The position numbers and the translations under genes were made by a program. A stretch of DNA of 32,000 nt, taken from the NCBI RefSeq assembly GCF_000392435.1, contig NC_021219.1, positions 150,001 through 182,000 of the forward strand, in the 5' to 3' direction. The DNA is from Candidatus Saccharimonas aalborgensis. GTDB taxonomy: Bacteria; Patescibacteriota; Saccharimonadia; Saccharimonadales; Saccharimonadaceae. The notes below the pieces were generated by a model. That model ran no database searches, was not told the origin of the DNA, and was given only the letters and a program-made list of their open reading frames with translations. Below are positions 1 to 9,149 of this stretch, in pieces (the first letter of the stretch is position 1; the number at the start of each line of letters is the position of its first letter).

Positions 1-368
1 CGAGTATAGATTGCCATGGTGTTTGGATGATCAATTTGCAGTTCTACGATAATGACGTCGGTATCAGTTGCAGAGGCTATATGACGTCGCGCTGTCTTGA
101 ACACCGACCTCCATTCGCGGATACTTCCGACGTCCTGCGGAGGAGTTATGCCGAGGATCGCAAGTGGTACCGCTAACTCACTATCGACAGCAACCTCACC
201 TTCATGCATCCTGATACGAAACCGACTAGACAACACATCGGCGATCGCACGCTTGGTGCTTGTTTTGCCGACAGTGCCAGTCACGACAATGATCTTAACG
301 TCAGGATGTCTCGCAACATACTTTTTGACATACTTTTCGAGCTTTGATTGCACATATTTCTTTAGCAT
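1..368 (-). CDS. Mur ligase family protein (MurF-like), N-terminal part, truncated by window edge
   Basis: Minus strand from ATG at 368 translates MLKKYVQSKLEKYVKKYVARHPDVKIIVVTGTVGKTSTKRAIADVLSSRFRIRMHEGEVAVDSELAVPLAILG..., with a Mur-ligase-type P-loop (VTGTVGKTSTK). Not in the supplied ORF track because it runs off the edge; the listed + strand ORF 97..423 is antisense to it. Confidence 0.75.
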   Translation of the reverse strand, partial: MLKKYVQSKLEKYVKKYVARHPDVKIIVVTGTVGKTSTKRAIADVLSSRFRIRMHEGEVAVDSELAVPLAILGITPPQDVGSIREWRSVFKTARRHIASATDTDVIIVELQIDHPNTMAIYT

Positions 369-419
369 ACTGCCTTTATCATACTGCATACGCCTAAGGG
401 AGACTAGTCTGTATGAGTC

Positions 420-448
420 TTGAAAAAACGTTACTCCCGAGATATACT
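420..448 (+). promoter_or_regulatory. sigma70-type promoter reading into the tRNA-Gly region
   Basis: TTGAAA (420-425), 17-nt spacer, TATACT (443-448), about 20 nt upstream of the first tRNA-like 5' end at 469. Confidence 0.55.
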
Positions 449-464
449 CACTTAGTACAGTAAA

Positions 465-492
465 ATACGCGGGTTTAGCTCAGTTGTTAGAG
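465..492 (+). repeat. 28-nt direct copy of the 5' end of tRNA-Gly(GCC), truncated tRNA remnant
   Basis: atacgcgggtttagctcagttgttagag is identical at 465..492 and 643..670. The first copy is not followed by tRNA sequence. Confidence 0.9.
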
Positions 493-545
493 TGAGAATC
501 TCCGGCAGAGATTCGGAAACGGACTTTCCGATGAAAACTACGTTT

Positions 546-2207
546 TCAATAGTGAAATCCGGGGGTCGCGGGACGTGACCTGCCTTGCAAGGCCAAGGAA
601 GCTAACACAGGAGCGCACCTCGTACGCACATTGTTACCAACCATACGCGGGTTTAGCTCAGTTGTTAGAGCGCTTCCTTGCCAAGGAAGAGGTCGAGAGT
701 TAGAGTCTCTTAACCCGCACCAAATATTTGAATTATGAGCCGAAAGGCTCTTTTTCTTTGCCTCAACGATGGTTCTAAAGGGGTCGTTTAGTATATAAGA
801 CAGCTTTTTGTCCTTTAATTCAATGTTTGAAAGTACGTATTCCAATAACTTCTGTCGTAGCCCCTCATCGCTCTCTTTGAACAACTGGTCAGCCCGTTGA
901 GCCAAGTCTAACAGGTAAGAGGCGGTTACTTGGAACTGTTTGTTATCATTTGTTAGCAACTTTAGGCGGTCATTCAGTTCCTGCTGTTTCTTTTCTAGCT
1001 CAGTTGCAATTTCATCGTGGAATGTCTGTGTAATACGACCCTCAAGTAAGTCATAGTAAACCTTACGCATTTTGTCCTTGAGCTTGTCGTACTCAGCACG
1101 GGTCTGCTCAATGTTTTGCGTAAAGTAGGTTTGCTGGTCGTTATGACGGTTACGCAGCTCGGCAATGACTTTATCTAACCAATTTTCTGGCACGTCTATA
1201 AACCCTATATCTGCCGCTACTTCATCAATTACGAGGCTCACGGCTGTATTAGGATTATCGCACTTGGAGTTAGCACATCGCAAATACACTGTGTTGCGAG
1301 CCTTGAATGGCGATACTGCACGTCCGCACTTGCCGCACTTCACTATCTTTTTGAGTGTAAAGTCTTTGCTATCGTACTTAGTCTTTTCGTGTTTACGCTC
1401 ATCACGGACACGCTGCACTTGGTTGAACAAGGCACGGCTGATTAGCGGCTTGTACTTGTGTGGGTACTCTCTGCCAGCGTGTACCATAACGCCATAGTAG
1501 AATGGGTTGCTCAAGATGCGTTCAAGAAACTGCTTACTTGGTGCTTTACTGCCAGCGATATTGCTACGAAAACCCATCTCACGAAGTTCTTTTGCAATGA
1601 CAGCATACGACATACCTCTTGCTCGCAGTTCATACGCTTTTACAATGTAGTGTGCCTTTGCATCATCAACTTCAATATCTTTGAGTGGTTTCTGTGGCGT
1701 ACCGCCCTTCAGCACGTTTAGATAGCCAATAGGAGCACGATGTACCCAAATGCCCTCACTCAGCATCTGCTCAAAGCGGCGTTTTACATTATCACGGATA
1801 CTATCTGAGTAGTATTTTGCCAGTGCCATACCAATACCTAGCCGAAACCAATCAGCAGCCGATGAGTTTTTATCAATGTACAGGCTATCGTTAGGGAAGT
1901 GCAGCTCAATCTTGCCTTGTTTGACCAACTGCTGCAATGCTTTTACTTCTTCTTGGCTACTATCACGAGTAAGGCGGTCTATCTTATCAAAGACTACGTA
2001 GCACAAACCAGTTTGCTTGTGGATGTGTTCAACGAGTTTGCTGAACTTCTGACGTACGTCCTTATGAGCACTCTCGTCAAACTCGTGATATTCAGAGGGT
2101 AGTTGTTTCTGTTCGGCATACCGTTCAAGCCGCAACTTCTGAGCTGGCAACGCTTTACGTTGCTCAATGTCCGATACTCGTGCGATTAGGATTAGCTTAG
2201 TTTCCAT
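546..2207 (-). CDS. Large serine recombinase; 3' end reads antisense through a tRNA gene
   Basis: N-terminal ARVSD resolvase-type catalytic region, recombinase domain (GYLNV...FYYGVMVHAGREY), zinc ribbon CGKCGRAV...RCANSKC, coiled coil. The tail WCGLRDSNSRPLPWQGSALTTELNPR is the reverse translation of the tRNA-Gly. Confidence 0.93.
   Translation of the reverse strand: METKLILIARVSDIEQRKALPAQKLRLERYAEQKQLPSEYHEFDESAHKDVRQKFSKLVEHIHKQTGLCYVVFDKIDRLTRDSSQEEVKALQQLVKQGKIELHFPNDSLYIDKNSSAADWFRLGIGMALAKYYSDSIRDNVKRRFEQMLSEGIWVHRAPIGYLNVLKGGTPQKPLKDIEVDDAKAHYIVKAYELRARGMSYAVIAKELREMGFRSNIAGSKAPSKQFLERILSNPFYYGVMVHAGREYPHKYKPLISRALFNQVQRVRDERKHEKTKYDSKDFTLKKIVKCGKCGRAVSPFKARNTVYLRCANSKCDNPNTAVSLVIDEVAADIGFIDVPENWLDKVIAELRNRHNDQQTYFTQNIEQTRAEYDKLKDKMRKVYYDLLEGRITQTFHDEIATELEKKQQELNDRLKLLTNDNKQFQVTASYLLDLAQRADQLFKESDEGLRQKLLEYVLSNIELKDKKLSYILNDPFRTIVEAKKKSLSAHNSNIWCGLRDSNSRPLPWQGSALTTELNPRMVGNNVRTRCAPVLASLALQGRSRPATPGFHY
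647..722 (+). tRNA. tRNA-Gly(GCC), CCA encoded
   Basis: GCGGGTT/AACCCGC acceptor, GCTC/GAGC D stem, CTTCC-TTGCCAA-GGAAG anticodon arm, GAGAG/CTCTT T stem, discriminator A plus CCA. Confidence 0.97.
737..755 (+). terminator. rho-independent terminator after tRNA-Gly
   Basis: GAGCC-GAAA-GGCTC followed by TTTTT. Confidence 0.75.
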
Positions 2208-2234
2208 AATTGTTTACTCCTTTATAACTTAACA

Positions 2235-3419
2235 TTACTTACCAGTATTTTCAATGTTTGATAGAAAGTCAGACATACGTGTAGGCGTGAACCGCTGCAA
2301 TGCCTCGTCTATATGCACAAATGCTGTAAAGCGGTACGGGTCAGGCGATTTTAGCAATGGTTTGATGCGATACCACGCTTGCTTGCCATAACGAGCCTCA
2401 AGTACGTTACGCAGCCCGACAATACCTACTTGGCTGGTAATAACCAGTCCAGCGACTGCTGCAAGTGCAGCCTGTGGCGTTACGTCATCGTTTGCCTCAA
2501 GGTAGTTTTGCAACAGCTCGTACGGTTCTTTTACGTCAAGGGCAAGCATATCAACTGAGCTTGTGAGTTTGTTCCAGTGTTTGAGCAGTGTGTTTTGGCA
2601 CAACTTCTTTTTGTACAGGCTCTCAAATGTCCATTGCTCTAATTCGGGATAGGCTCGCTTAATAGAGGCTCTACCGACAAAACGTACTTCATACCTAAAT
2701 ACTTCCATTGGTCGGTATTCAGATAGGCTCTCAAGCAGGTTTAGCTGCACGGTGCTGTCATTCTCAAAAGCCCGTTTGCCGCTTTTCTTTGCTTTTAGCA
2801 GGTCAGCCATTTTGTCGTAAAAGGCTATATCAAGTGAGTTGGCGTGAATGTGTACGACGTGTCCATCACGAAAATCTGTTTTCTGTAAGTCGTACGTTTT
2901 ACTCACATCTAGCTTGCCCATCGTATTGAGGATTGTTTGGCACGATGTGTAATCAAGAAACACTATGTTCTTGGACGGATGCCAAGCAGCAATATCGGCG
3001 TGGGCAAGCTGTGGCTTGAAGAACTTATGACCGAGCAACTCTTGTAGTGATGCTTGTAGTGCGGTCAGCAGTGCATCAAAGTCTTTTTCTTCCAGCTCAT
3101 CAAAGTTATTGCCGAACAACATCTTTGGTGCTGAAAACTCAGCTGCTAACTGGTAGACAACGCCGAACTTTGTCATTCGCTTGTACATTGTCAAACGGGG
3201 CATATACTTGCCCATCTTGCCGTAGGTTGGCGATGGGTTGAGAAATGTCTTGCCGTAGCCTCTACTGTTCACAAGCTGCTCAAGTGTGATTGGTGTAAAC
3301 CTGCTACCGTCAAAGATGAGCGGATTATGTACGGGTATGAGTAGTTTTACTGTGTCTATCATACTGTTCATCACTTCTTTCAAATAACTCAATGCACTTT
3401 GCGACAACCGCTTGCTCAA
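2235..3419 (-). CDS. Replication initiator, phage/plasmid gene II/X-like (start may be an internal ATG near 3362)
   Basis: MIDTVKLLIP N-terminus, FDGSRFTPI, MTKFGVVYQLAAEFSAPKMLFGNNFDEL, FRYEVRFVGRASIKRAYP. Recognised by eye as resembling filamentous phage/plasmid replication proteins. Confidence 0.6.
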   Translation of the reverse strand: MSKRLSQSALSYLKEVMNSMIDTVKLLIPVHNPLIFDGSRFTPITLEQLVNSRGYGKTFLNPSPTYGKMGKYMPRLTMYKRMTKFGVVYQLAAEFSAPKMLFGNNFDELEEKDFDALLTALQASLQELLGHKFFKPQLAHADIAAWHPSKNIVFLDYTSCQTILNTMGKLDVSKTYDLQKTDFRDGHVVHIHANSLDIAFYDKMADLLKAKKSGKRAFENDSTVQLNLLESLSEYRPMEVFRYEVRFVGRASIKRAYPELEQWTFESLYKKKLCQNTLLKHWNKLTSSVDMLALDVKEPYELLQNYLEANDDVTPQAALAAVAGLVITSQVGIVGLRNVLEARYGKQAWYRIKPLLKSPDPYRFTAFVHIDEALQRFTPTRMSDFLSNIENTGK

Positions 3420-3636
3420 TTAGCTTGCCAGCCTCTTTGGTTACAGGATGGAAGTAGTTGAGCTGACGTGAACCTATCCTTTTGGTCGGGTAGGTTATGC
3501 GGTAGCCAGTGCCATTTAGTAACTGGTGTACGCCGAGCGAGCCGACATACAACTGACCGTCAATTACACAGTTTGCAAAAGCTACAAGCCCATCAGTCGG
3601 TTTGACTGGCGTGATATTTACTTCGCTAACGGTCAT
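3325..3636 (-). CDS. SpoVG-like small protein
   Basis: VSEVNITPVKPTDGLVAFANCVIDGQLYVGSLGVHQLLNGTGYRITYPTKR...HPVTKEAGKLIEQAV follows the SpoVG pattern (strand, 'YPTKR', 'HP' then 'I..AV'). Confidence 0.5.
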   Translation of the reverse strand: MTVSEVNITPVKPTDGLVAFANCVIDGQLYVGSLGVHQLLNGTGYRITYPTKRIGSRQLNYFHPVTKEAGKLIEQAVVAKCIELFERSDEQYDRHSKTTHTRT

Positions 3637-3710
3637 AGTTTTTACGTTCCTCAGCTGCCTTTTGGTGCTTGTTAGCCCAGAGCCAAAACGTCATAAGCCA
3701 ATCAATTAGC

Positions 3711-3920
3711 TTACGCAGCGACACTTGAAGTATTTTGTAAATCGTTACCATCTTCATCATTCCTCTCATTACGTTGTTTCTGAGCAAAATCCATCTGTAT
3801 AAGCACGTCAAAGAAACCAGTAAGGTTACGAATAGCCTCATCGCTTAACTCAGCAGCCACGCCATCGTTTGCGGCGTTATTTTGTGGTTCTGCTGGTAGT
3901 GGTTTATTCTTCGTTGACAT
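3711..3920 (-). CDS. Small hypothetical protein (69 aa)
   Basis: Same-strand ORF between the replication-module genes; acidic, coding-like composition. No family recognised. Confidence 0.4.
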   Translation of the reverse strand: MSTKNKPLPAEPQNNAANDGVAAELSDEAIRNLTGFFDVLIQMDFAQKQRNERNDEDGNDLQNTSSVAA

Positions 3921-4007
3921 ATAAAAAGTAGCCTCACTAACAAGACTACTTTCACGGCATACGAGCCAACCTAGACGCTCACTGGCTCACATTTCGCTCA
4001 CATTTTA

Positions 4008-5612
4008 CTACTGATATTTTGCAGTAATTCGCACTTTTGCGGCTTTATAGCTTAGTAACTTTCCTATACCTAGTTGCTCTCGTGCTTTTTTATTTACCCT
4101 AAGCATTGCATCGTATACGGCACGTTGGCTATCTTGGCTTTTTGTCGTGTACTCAAGAATGTCATCTTCCTTTGCGGCTGCTTTGCGGTTTTTGAAAACT
4201 AACTTGCAGATGTAGTATTCAAGCGTTTCGTCTGGTATACCGCAACTCTTACCCTCAAAGGTTAGCCTACTCGCTTTCGCATCAAACCTTACTTTATCCT
4301 GAGACACGTTTGTTTTCTCAGGCTCGGCAGGTTCGTTATCGTCATCACGGAGCGGAGCAGTATCGTCGGGGTACACAGGCTGTGGTTTCGGTTCTTTGTT
4401 GATAACGACCCCTTTCTTACGAAAGTCTTTCGCAAACGCATCAGCTCGCTTGTACCAGTTATCGGCAGCCTCACGGGCAGCCTTTTTATGTTCGGCTATC
4501 AGTCCGTCAATTTCTTCAAACAGTGCTGCTAGTTTATCGTCAAGCTCAAACTCAACGTGGTTACTGAGCATCCAATCCTTTTGTAGTTTGGCGTAATACT
4601 TCAATACTTCCGCACGGCTATATTGCCATCCCTCGCCAATGTCTTCGGCGTGTCCGAGCAATGTGTCGTACAGTTCGGGTGCAGCCTTTTCCCAGCTTTT
4701 CATTGTTTGCTTGCTGAGTGTGCTTTCTATCAAAGAAGTTAGCTTTATGTACGCAAAGTCTAGTTTGTCATCTTCAATAACTACGCCAGCCGAAACGACT
4801 GCATCCAATATGGCGATAACCCTGTTGTATAACAGTCTTAGCAGGTAAACGTCTTGCTGATGTTCCAATTCGGCGTTGCCAAGCAGCTCGTCAGCCAGTG
4901 CCTCAAATCCCGAAAGTACGTCAATACTATAAGTAAGCTCCTCAAGTATTTCAGCAAACATTTCTTCGGTTGTCTTACCAACGTCAGATGCTATTTCATA
5001 CACATCAACTTGTGTTGACGGCGGTATGTCGGCTTGGCTTGCGTAGGTGTTATTGGCGGTATACTTTATGACCTTTTTATCGTTTGCTAGTATGTCCAGC
5101 ACCTGTTTTTGCTCTCTTAGCCTTATGCCTTTCGCATCAAGGTTGCCTGAAAATACAATTACAGCGTTTCCAGTAACCAAGCCTTGATATGCGTCGTTTA
5201 TTTCTTCAACAACGGCTTGTATTTTCTCTTTGCCTGTCATAACGCCATTCTTCTTGGCACTCGCTTGAGCGTACGATATTTTGGGGGTTGCAGCCGCTGG
5301 CTCAGGTTTTTCGCCTATCCAATCAAGGTATTTCGGATCTTTACGCAATTCCTGCACGTAGTTATCAAAGTCAGGCAATATCTCAACCAGATATTTGTTA
5401 TAGGTTTGGTCGGTAGGCATAGCAATAAGCCGAGCAGCATTATGCTCTTTCTCTATCTTCTCAACCATCTGAACAAAGTCCATCGGCGGATAGTGATTGT
5501 TTAGGTCGTTTGCAGGGTGCAAACCAATGGGCTTACCATCCTCAGTAACTTCACGTTCGTCAAGCAGTCTGTTGATAAAAAACCATATTTTTTCTTTGCC
5601 GTGTAAACTCAT
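4008..5612 (-). CDS. Hypothetical protein (534 aa) of the replication/mobility module
   Basis: Long ORF with coding-like composition, same strand as rep and recombinase. No family recognised. Confidence 0.75.
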   Translation of the reverse strand: MSLHGKEKIWFFINRLLDEREVTEDGKPIGLHPANDLNNHYPPMDFVQMVEKIEKEHNAARLIAMPTDQTYNKYLVEILPDFDNYVQELRKDPKYLDWIGEKPEPAAATPKISYAQASAKKNGVMTGKEKIQAVVEEINDAYQGLVTGNAVIVFSGNLDAKGIRLREQKQVLDILANDKKVIKYTANNTYASQADIPPSTQVDVYEIASDVGKTTEEMFAEILEELTYSIDVLSGFEALADELLGNAELEHQQDVYLLRLLYNRVIAILDAVVSAGVVIEDDKLDFAYIKLTSLIESTLSKQTMKSWEKAAPELYDTLLGHAEDIGEGWQYSRAEVLKYYAKLQKDWMLSNHVEFELDDKLAALFEEIDGLIAEHKKAAREAADNWYKRADAFAKDFRKKGVVINKEPKPQPVYPDDTAPLRDDDNEPAEPEKTNVSQDKVRFDAKASRLTFEGKSCGIPDETLEYYICKLVFKNRKAAAKEDDILEYTTKSQDSQRAVYDAMLRVNKKAREQLGIGKLLSYKAAKVRITAKYQ

Positions 5613-5665
5613 AACTCATCACATCTTTCTTATCACGCCACTGGTAAGTGTTGTATAGTTATAGT

Positions 5666-5869
5666 ATGCCACAAAGAAGTAAAAAAGAGCCGAAACTACT
5701 CACATTGAAACAGGCGTGTGAGATTTTGAATTGCCATCCAAACACGCTACGAGCTTGGGATGAAAAAGGCTACTTAGTTGCAGTACGTTTTGGCACACGT
5801 AGAGATAGACGATATAAACGAGAAGATGTGATGAAACTATTGGAAAAAAATGACAAAACAAAACACTGA
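5666..5869 (+). CDS. MerR/excisionase-type helix-turn-helix protein
   Basis: LLTLKQACEILNCHPNTLRAWDEKGYLVAVRFGTRRDRRYKREDVMKLL. Internal ATG at 5666 preferred over the track start at 5648. Confidence 0.7.
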   Translation: MPQRSKKEPKLLTLKQACEILNCHPNTLRAWDEKGYLVAVRFGTRRDRRYKREDVMKLLEKNDKTKH

Positions 5870-6524
5870 ACACACACATACTCACGATGACCATCATCAC
5901 GCACACGGCGAACACGGACACTCGCACGGTATAGTAGACCCGTCTATAGTTCGCTCTAAGCAGGGCGTGAAAGCAGTTAGCCTTAGTTTCCTGGTATTGC
6001 TTGTAACGGCTCTTTTACAGGGTACAGTGTACCTCTCAGGGCATAGCGTAGCCTTATTGTCTGACCTGATACACAACTTTGGCGATGCTCTAACGGCTAT
6101 TCCGCTTGGCTTAGCTTTTTTCTTTCGGAGTAAAAAGGGCGAGCATTGGGCTGGCTACTTCGTGGTAATTCTGATTTTTGTCAGTGCTTGCGTTGCTTTA
6201 TATGAGGTTATTCAACGGTTTATACACCCTCAGTCACTAACAAATCTTTGGGCTATTTTTGCGGCAGGTGTCGTTGGTTTCTTGGGCAATGAGCTTGCAG
6301 CCATTATCCGCACACGGGCAGGTAAAAAGCTGGACAGCCCCGCTCTGATAGCTGACGGCAAACACGCTCACGTTGACGGCTTGGTTAGTCTCGGCGTAGT
6401 TGTCAGCACGATATTCGTAGCACTTGGCTTTCAACAGGCTGACCCGATTGTTGGCTTGTTCATTACATTGCTTATTCTACGAATAACGTGGCAGTCGTGG
6501 CAAACAATTAGGAAAGCAGCCTAG
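5850..6524 (+). CDS. Cation diffusion facilitator (CDF) family transporter
   Basis: His-rich N-terminus (HTHTHDDHHHAHGEHGHSHG), SGHSVALLSDLIHNFGDALTAIPL, ADGKHAHVDGLVSLGVV. Confidence 0.92.
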   Translation: MTKQNTEHTHTHDDHHHAHGEHGHSHGIVDPSIVRSKQGVKAVSLSFLVLLVTALLQGTVYLSGHSVALLSDLIHNFGDALTAIPLGLAFFFRSKKGEHWAGYFVVILIFVSACVALYEVIQRFIHPQSLTNLWAIFAAGVVGFLGNELAAIIRTRAGKKLDSPALIADGKHAHVDGLVSLGVVVSTIFVALGFQQADPIVGLFITLLILRITWQSWQTIRKAA

Positions 6525-6526
6525 CT

Positions 6527-7411
6527 ATGAGCCACAGTCACGATAACAATGACGGTAGTATCAAGTTCGGATTGGTATTGAACACTGCGTTTACTATTGT
6601 TGAGTTTGTCTTTGGCATACTAACAGGCAGCCTTGCATTGATAGCAGATGCAGCTCACAATTTGACAGATACGTTTACACTATCTGTATCTTTTGCAGCC
6701 AACCGTCTAGCTCGGCGTGAGGCAAATGACAGCAAAACCTTTGGCTATGGACGGGCAACCATCTTGGCTGCATTGCTTAACGCAAGCGTAATGCTCGCTG
6801 TGGCTGCCTTTATTGTTATTGAAGCCATACAGCGACTTGGTAATCCGCACCCAGTAGAGGGCGGTGTGGTAGCTGCCGTTGCATTTGTGGGCATACTGGT
6901 AAACGGCTCAATCGCTATAGTCTTATCAAAGAACCGTAAAGACCTAAATATGCGTAGTGCCTTTGTGGATATGGTATTTGATGCACTGTCTTCACTCGGT
7001 GCGGTTGTAGCTGGTTTGATTATCTGGCTGACAGGCATAACGTGGGTAGATAGTGCTGTTGGTTTAGTGATTGCAGCCTTACTGGTATACAACACGCTCA
7101 AGATACTGCGAGAAGCGGTACAAATACTGCTTGAGGGTACGCCTAAAGAGCTAGATGTTACGGCGATAACTCAAGCCATTACAGATACTGATAAAGTCTT
7201 GTCGGTTGATGATATGCACGTCTGGGCTATTCGCTCTGGCTACAATGCCTTGAGTTGCCATATAGCAATTGACGAGGCTGACTTGAAGCAAAGCCGTGAC
7301 ATAGTGGAGGTTGTAAAAGCTAAGTTACGGACTAGCTATGATATTCAGCACGCCACAATTGAGGTTGAGTTGGAAGACTGCACTACGCACGATGAACACG
7401 AACGACACTAG
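6527..7411 (+). CDS. CDF family transporter (CzcD-like)
   Basis: SLALIADAAHNLTDTFTLSVSFAANRLARR, DMVFDALSSLGAVVAGLIIWLTGITWVDSAVGL, C-terminal cytoplasmic domain (MHVWAIRSGYNALSCHIAID). Confidence 0.94.
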   Translation: MSHSHDNNDGSIKFGLVLNTAFTIVEFVFGILTGSLALIADAAHNLTDTFTLSVSFAANRLARREANDSKTFGYGRATILAALLNASVMLAVAAFIVIEAIQRLGNPHPVEGGVVAAVAFVGILVNGSIAIVLSKNRKDLNMRSAFVDMVFDALSSLGAVVAGLIIWLTGITWVDSAVGLVIAALLVYNTLKILREAVQILLEGTPKELDVTAITQAITDTDKVLSVDDMHVWAIRSGYNALSCHIAIDEADLKQSRDIVEVVKAKLRTSYDIQHATIEVELEDCTTHDEHERH

Positions 7412-8054
7412 CGATACAAAACCCGATGACTATGCGTGGAAGCCAAAAGGCTTGCCTATTAAGGTACAGGGCGTTGCGATTGACCCTTATCTTGCGTTTA
7501 AGCACTTTGTAATGCCCGCTCTGGGTGACCCTAACTGGATTGAAGATAGCAGCAAAGTAATTGATACGGGTATGAGCAAACGGGAGTGGATTGGGCTTAT
7601 CATTCACGCAATCGCACTGATGGACTTAACGGGCGATGACCTGCGTGTAGCTAAGATGCTAGATAATGACGATGGCGGCTTGGTTCGTGGCGAAAGTGAA
7701 GCCGTATACGTGGAGCAGACGCTTGCAACGCACAAGAACAAGAAGCACGATACTCTGCTTGAGACTGTTGCCGAGCGGGTTGAAGACAAGTCGTCTAAAG
7801 GCGAGGGTTACGCTGCTAATATGCACCTAATAGTGTTCTGCAATATGGACGGCGACCTGCAAGAGACTGAATTGGCTAAGATAGTATCCGAGGGCAGGTT
7901 TAATATCGTCAATATCTTCGGCTTTAACAGTAAGGACAGGCACTACCTGTCACTATTGTTTGATAGAGACAAAGCCGATGCACCAATACACAGGTGTGCC
8001 ATCAGCGAGACAAAGTTGATTGAGCAAGCTAACAATTCTCAAAAAGTAACGTGA
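7392..8054 (+). CDS. Hypothetical protein
   Basis: Starts MNTNDTSDTKPDDYAWKPKG, overlapping the upstream CDF stop by 20 nt. Translationally coupled arrangement; no family recognised. Confidence 0.65.
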   Translation: MNTNDTSDTKPDDYAWKPKGLPIKVQGVAIDPYLAFKHFVMPALGDPNWIEDSSKVIDTGMSKREWIGLIIHAIALMDLTGDDLRVAKMLDNDDGGLVRGESEAVYVEQTLATHKNKKHDTLLETVAERVEDKSSKGEGYAANMHLIVFCNMDGDLQETELAKIVSEGRFNIVNIFGFNSKDRHYLSLLFDRDKADAPIHRCAISETKLIEQANNSQKVT

Positions 8055-9007
8055 TGAAGAAGCTGAAAAAACTACTGACCAATCGGAACAACTACGTTGA
8101 TACCTCGCTGATAACGGCTCTGCAAAGCTGCTCCGATAAACCGCCCGTCAAGCTGATTGAACACTGCAATTCGCTCAACAATAGCTACAAGAAACAAAAC
8201 TACACAACTGTTGCCATTGTCATACGAGGGGTGCTGGATTACATACCGACCATTTTTGGTTTTGCCAATACTACTCAGGTTTACTCGGAATTACAGGGTA
8301 AACGAACATTCAAGGACGCATTGAAACAGCTTGACCAAGCCAGTCGTAACCTTGCAGATGATGGTTTGCACAGCCCAGCTCGTAAAGATGAAACACTTAA
8401 GGTCAGTAAGCTAACCGTTGATAACTTGCAAGGTAACCTTGCTATCGTGCTGAGCGAAACGGCTGCCCAGTTACGAACAAAGGATTTGCGTGACGATGGA
8501 AACGCCAAGTTAGACGAGCAAAGAGCCGTAAAACCCAAGCGACAAAAGTCGCAACTGGAAACCTTTGAGGATTATATTGTAAGTAAGCAGTGGACTGAGC
8601 AGGAGCTAGACGGCGATACGGTTTGGATTTGCGAAACGGATAATCTCTACCAGATACACAGCAAAGGCGATTATGACGAGTTTAGTGAACCGTGGACACA
8701 GGTTTACCCCGACAGCAGAGGCTCAGGCAAGCATAGTGTTGACCTTGTATATGCTGGCACAATCATCAAGCGATTTACGTTCATCTACTGTGACGGTGGT
8801 CGTATAAGTGTAGTTATGCCTGAGCTTTATATAGCACCTGAACACAGGTATCCACAGCGTAAGTTCAAAGAGGATGATAAAGACTATCGTGAGTACATCT
8901 GGGAAAAGGACAGCCTCAAGTTCAAGTTGATGATGCTCATCGGTAGCTTTTACATTTACAACACTCCAGAGGGAGTGGCTAAGCACTCAAATATACAGAT
9001 AAAATAG
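8051..9007 (+). CDS. Hypothetical protein (318 aa)
   Basis: ATG overlaps the preceding stop (8051-8054). No family recognised. Confidence 0.75.
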   Translation: MMKKLKKLLTNRNNYVDTSLITALQSCSDKPPVKLIEHCNSLNNSYKKQNYTTVAIVIRGVLDYIPTIFGFANTTQVYSELQGKRTFKDALKQLDQASRNLADDGLHSPARKDETLKVSKLTVDNLQGNLAIVLSETAAQLRTKDLRDDGNAKLDEQRAVKPKRQKSQLETFEDYIVSKQWTEQELDGDTVWICETDNLYQIHSKGDYDEFSEPWTQVYPDSRGSGKHSVDLVYAGTIIKRFTFIYCDGGRISVVMPELYIAPEHRYPQRKFKEDDKDYREYIWEKDSLKFKLMMLIGSFYIYNTPEGVAKHSNIQIK

Positions 9008-9121
9008 CTATCCAAAAACGCTTGGTCATTCTGCCCCCATAAATTCGGCATTTACACTGCGGAGTGCTGTGTTGGCAGAATAAAGGGCGACTACCCCCCT
9101 ACCAACACGTCGTTTGCATAG

Positions 9122-9136
9122 TACCCCTAGGGGGTA
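9122..9136. promoter_or_regulatory. CsoR-type operator palindrome
   Basis: TACCCCTAGGGGGTA sits 14 nt upstream of the CsoR-like start codon and resembles copper-responsive CsoR operators (TACCC...GGGGTA). Confidence 0.7.
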
Positions 9137-9149
9137 TATAGTAAGAGGT

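Noticed and set aside
97-423. 108-aa plus-strand ORF at left edge
   Set aside because: Antisense to the edge-truncated Mur-ligase-like CDS, which has a recognisable P-loop.
469-646. Intron-containing tRNA or group I intron in tRNA-Gly
   Set aside because: The 3' half needed for a spliced tRNA (AACCCGC) does not follow the first copy before the next complete tRNA, and no recognisable group I core was found.
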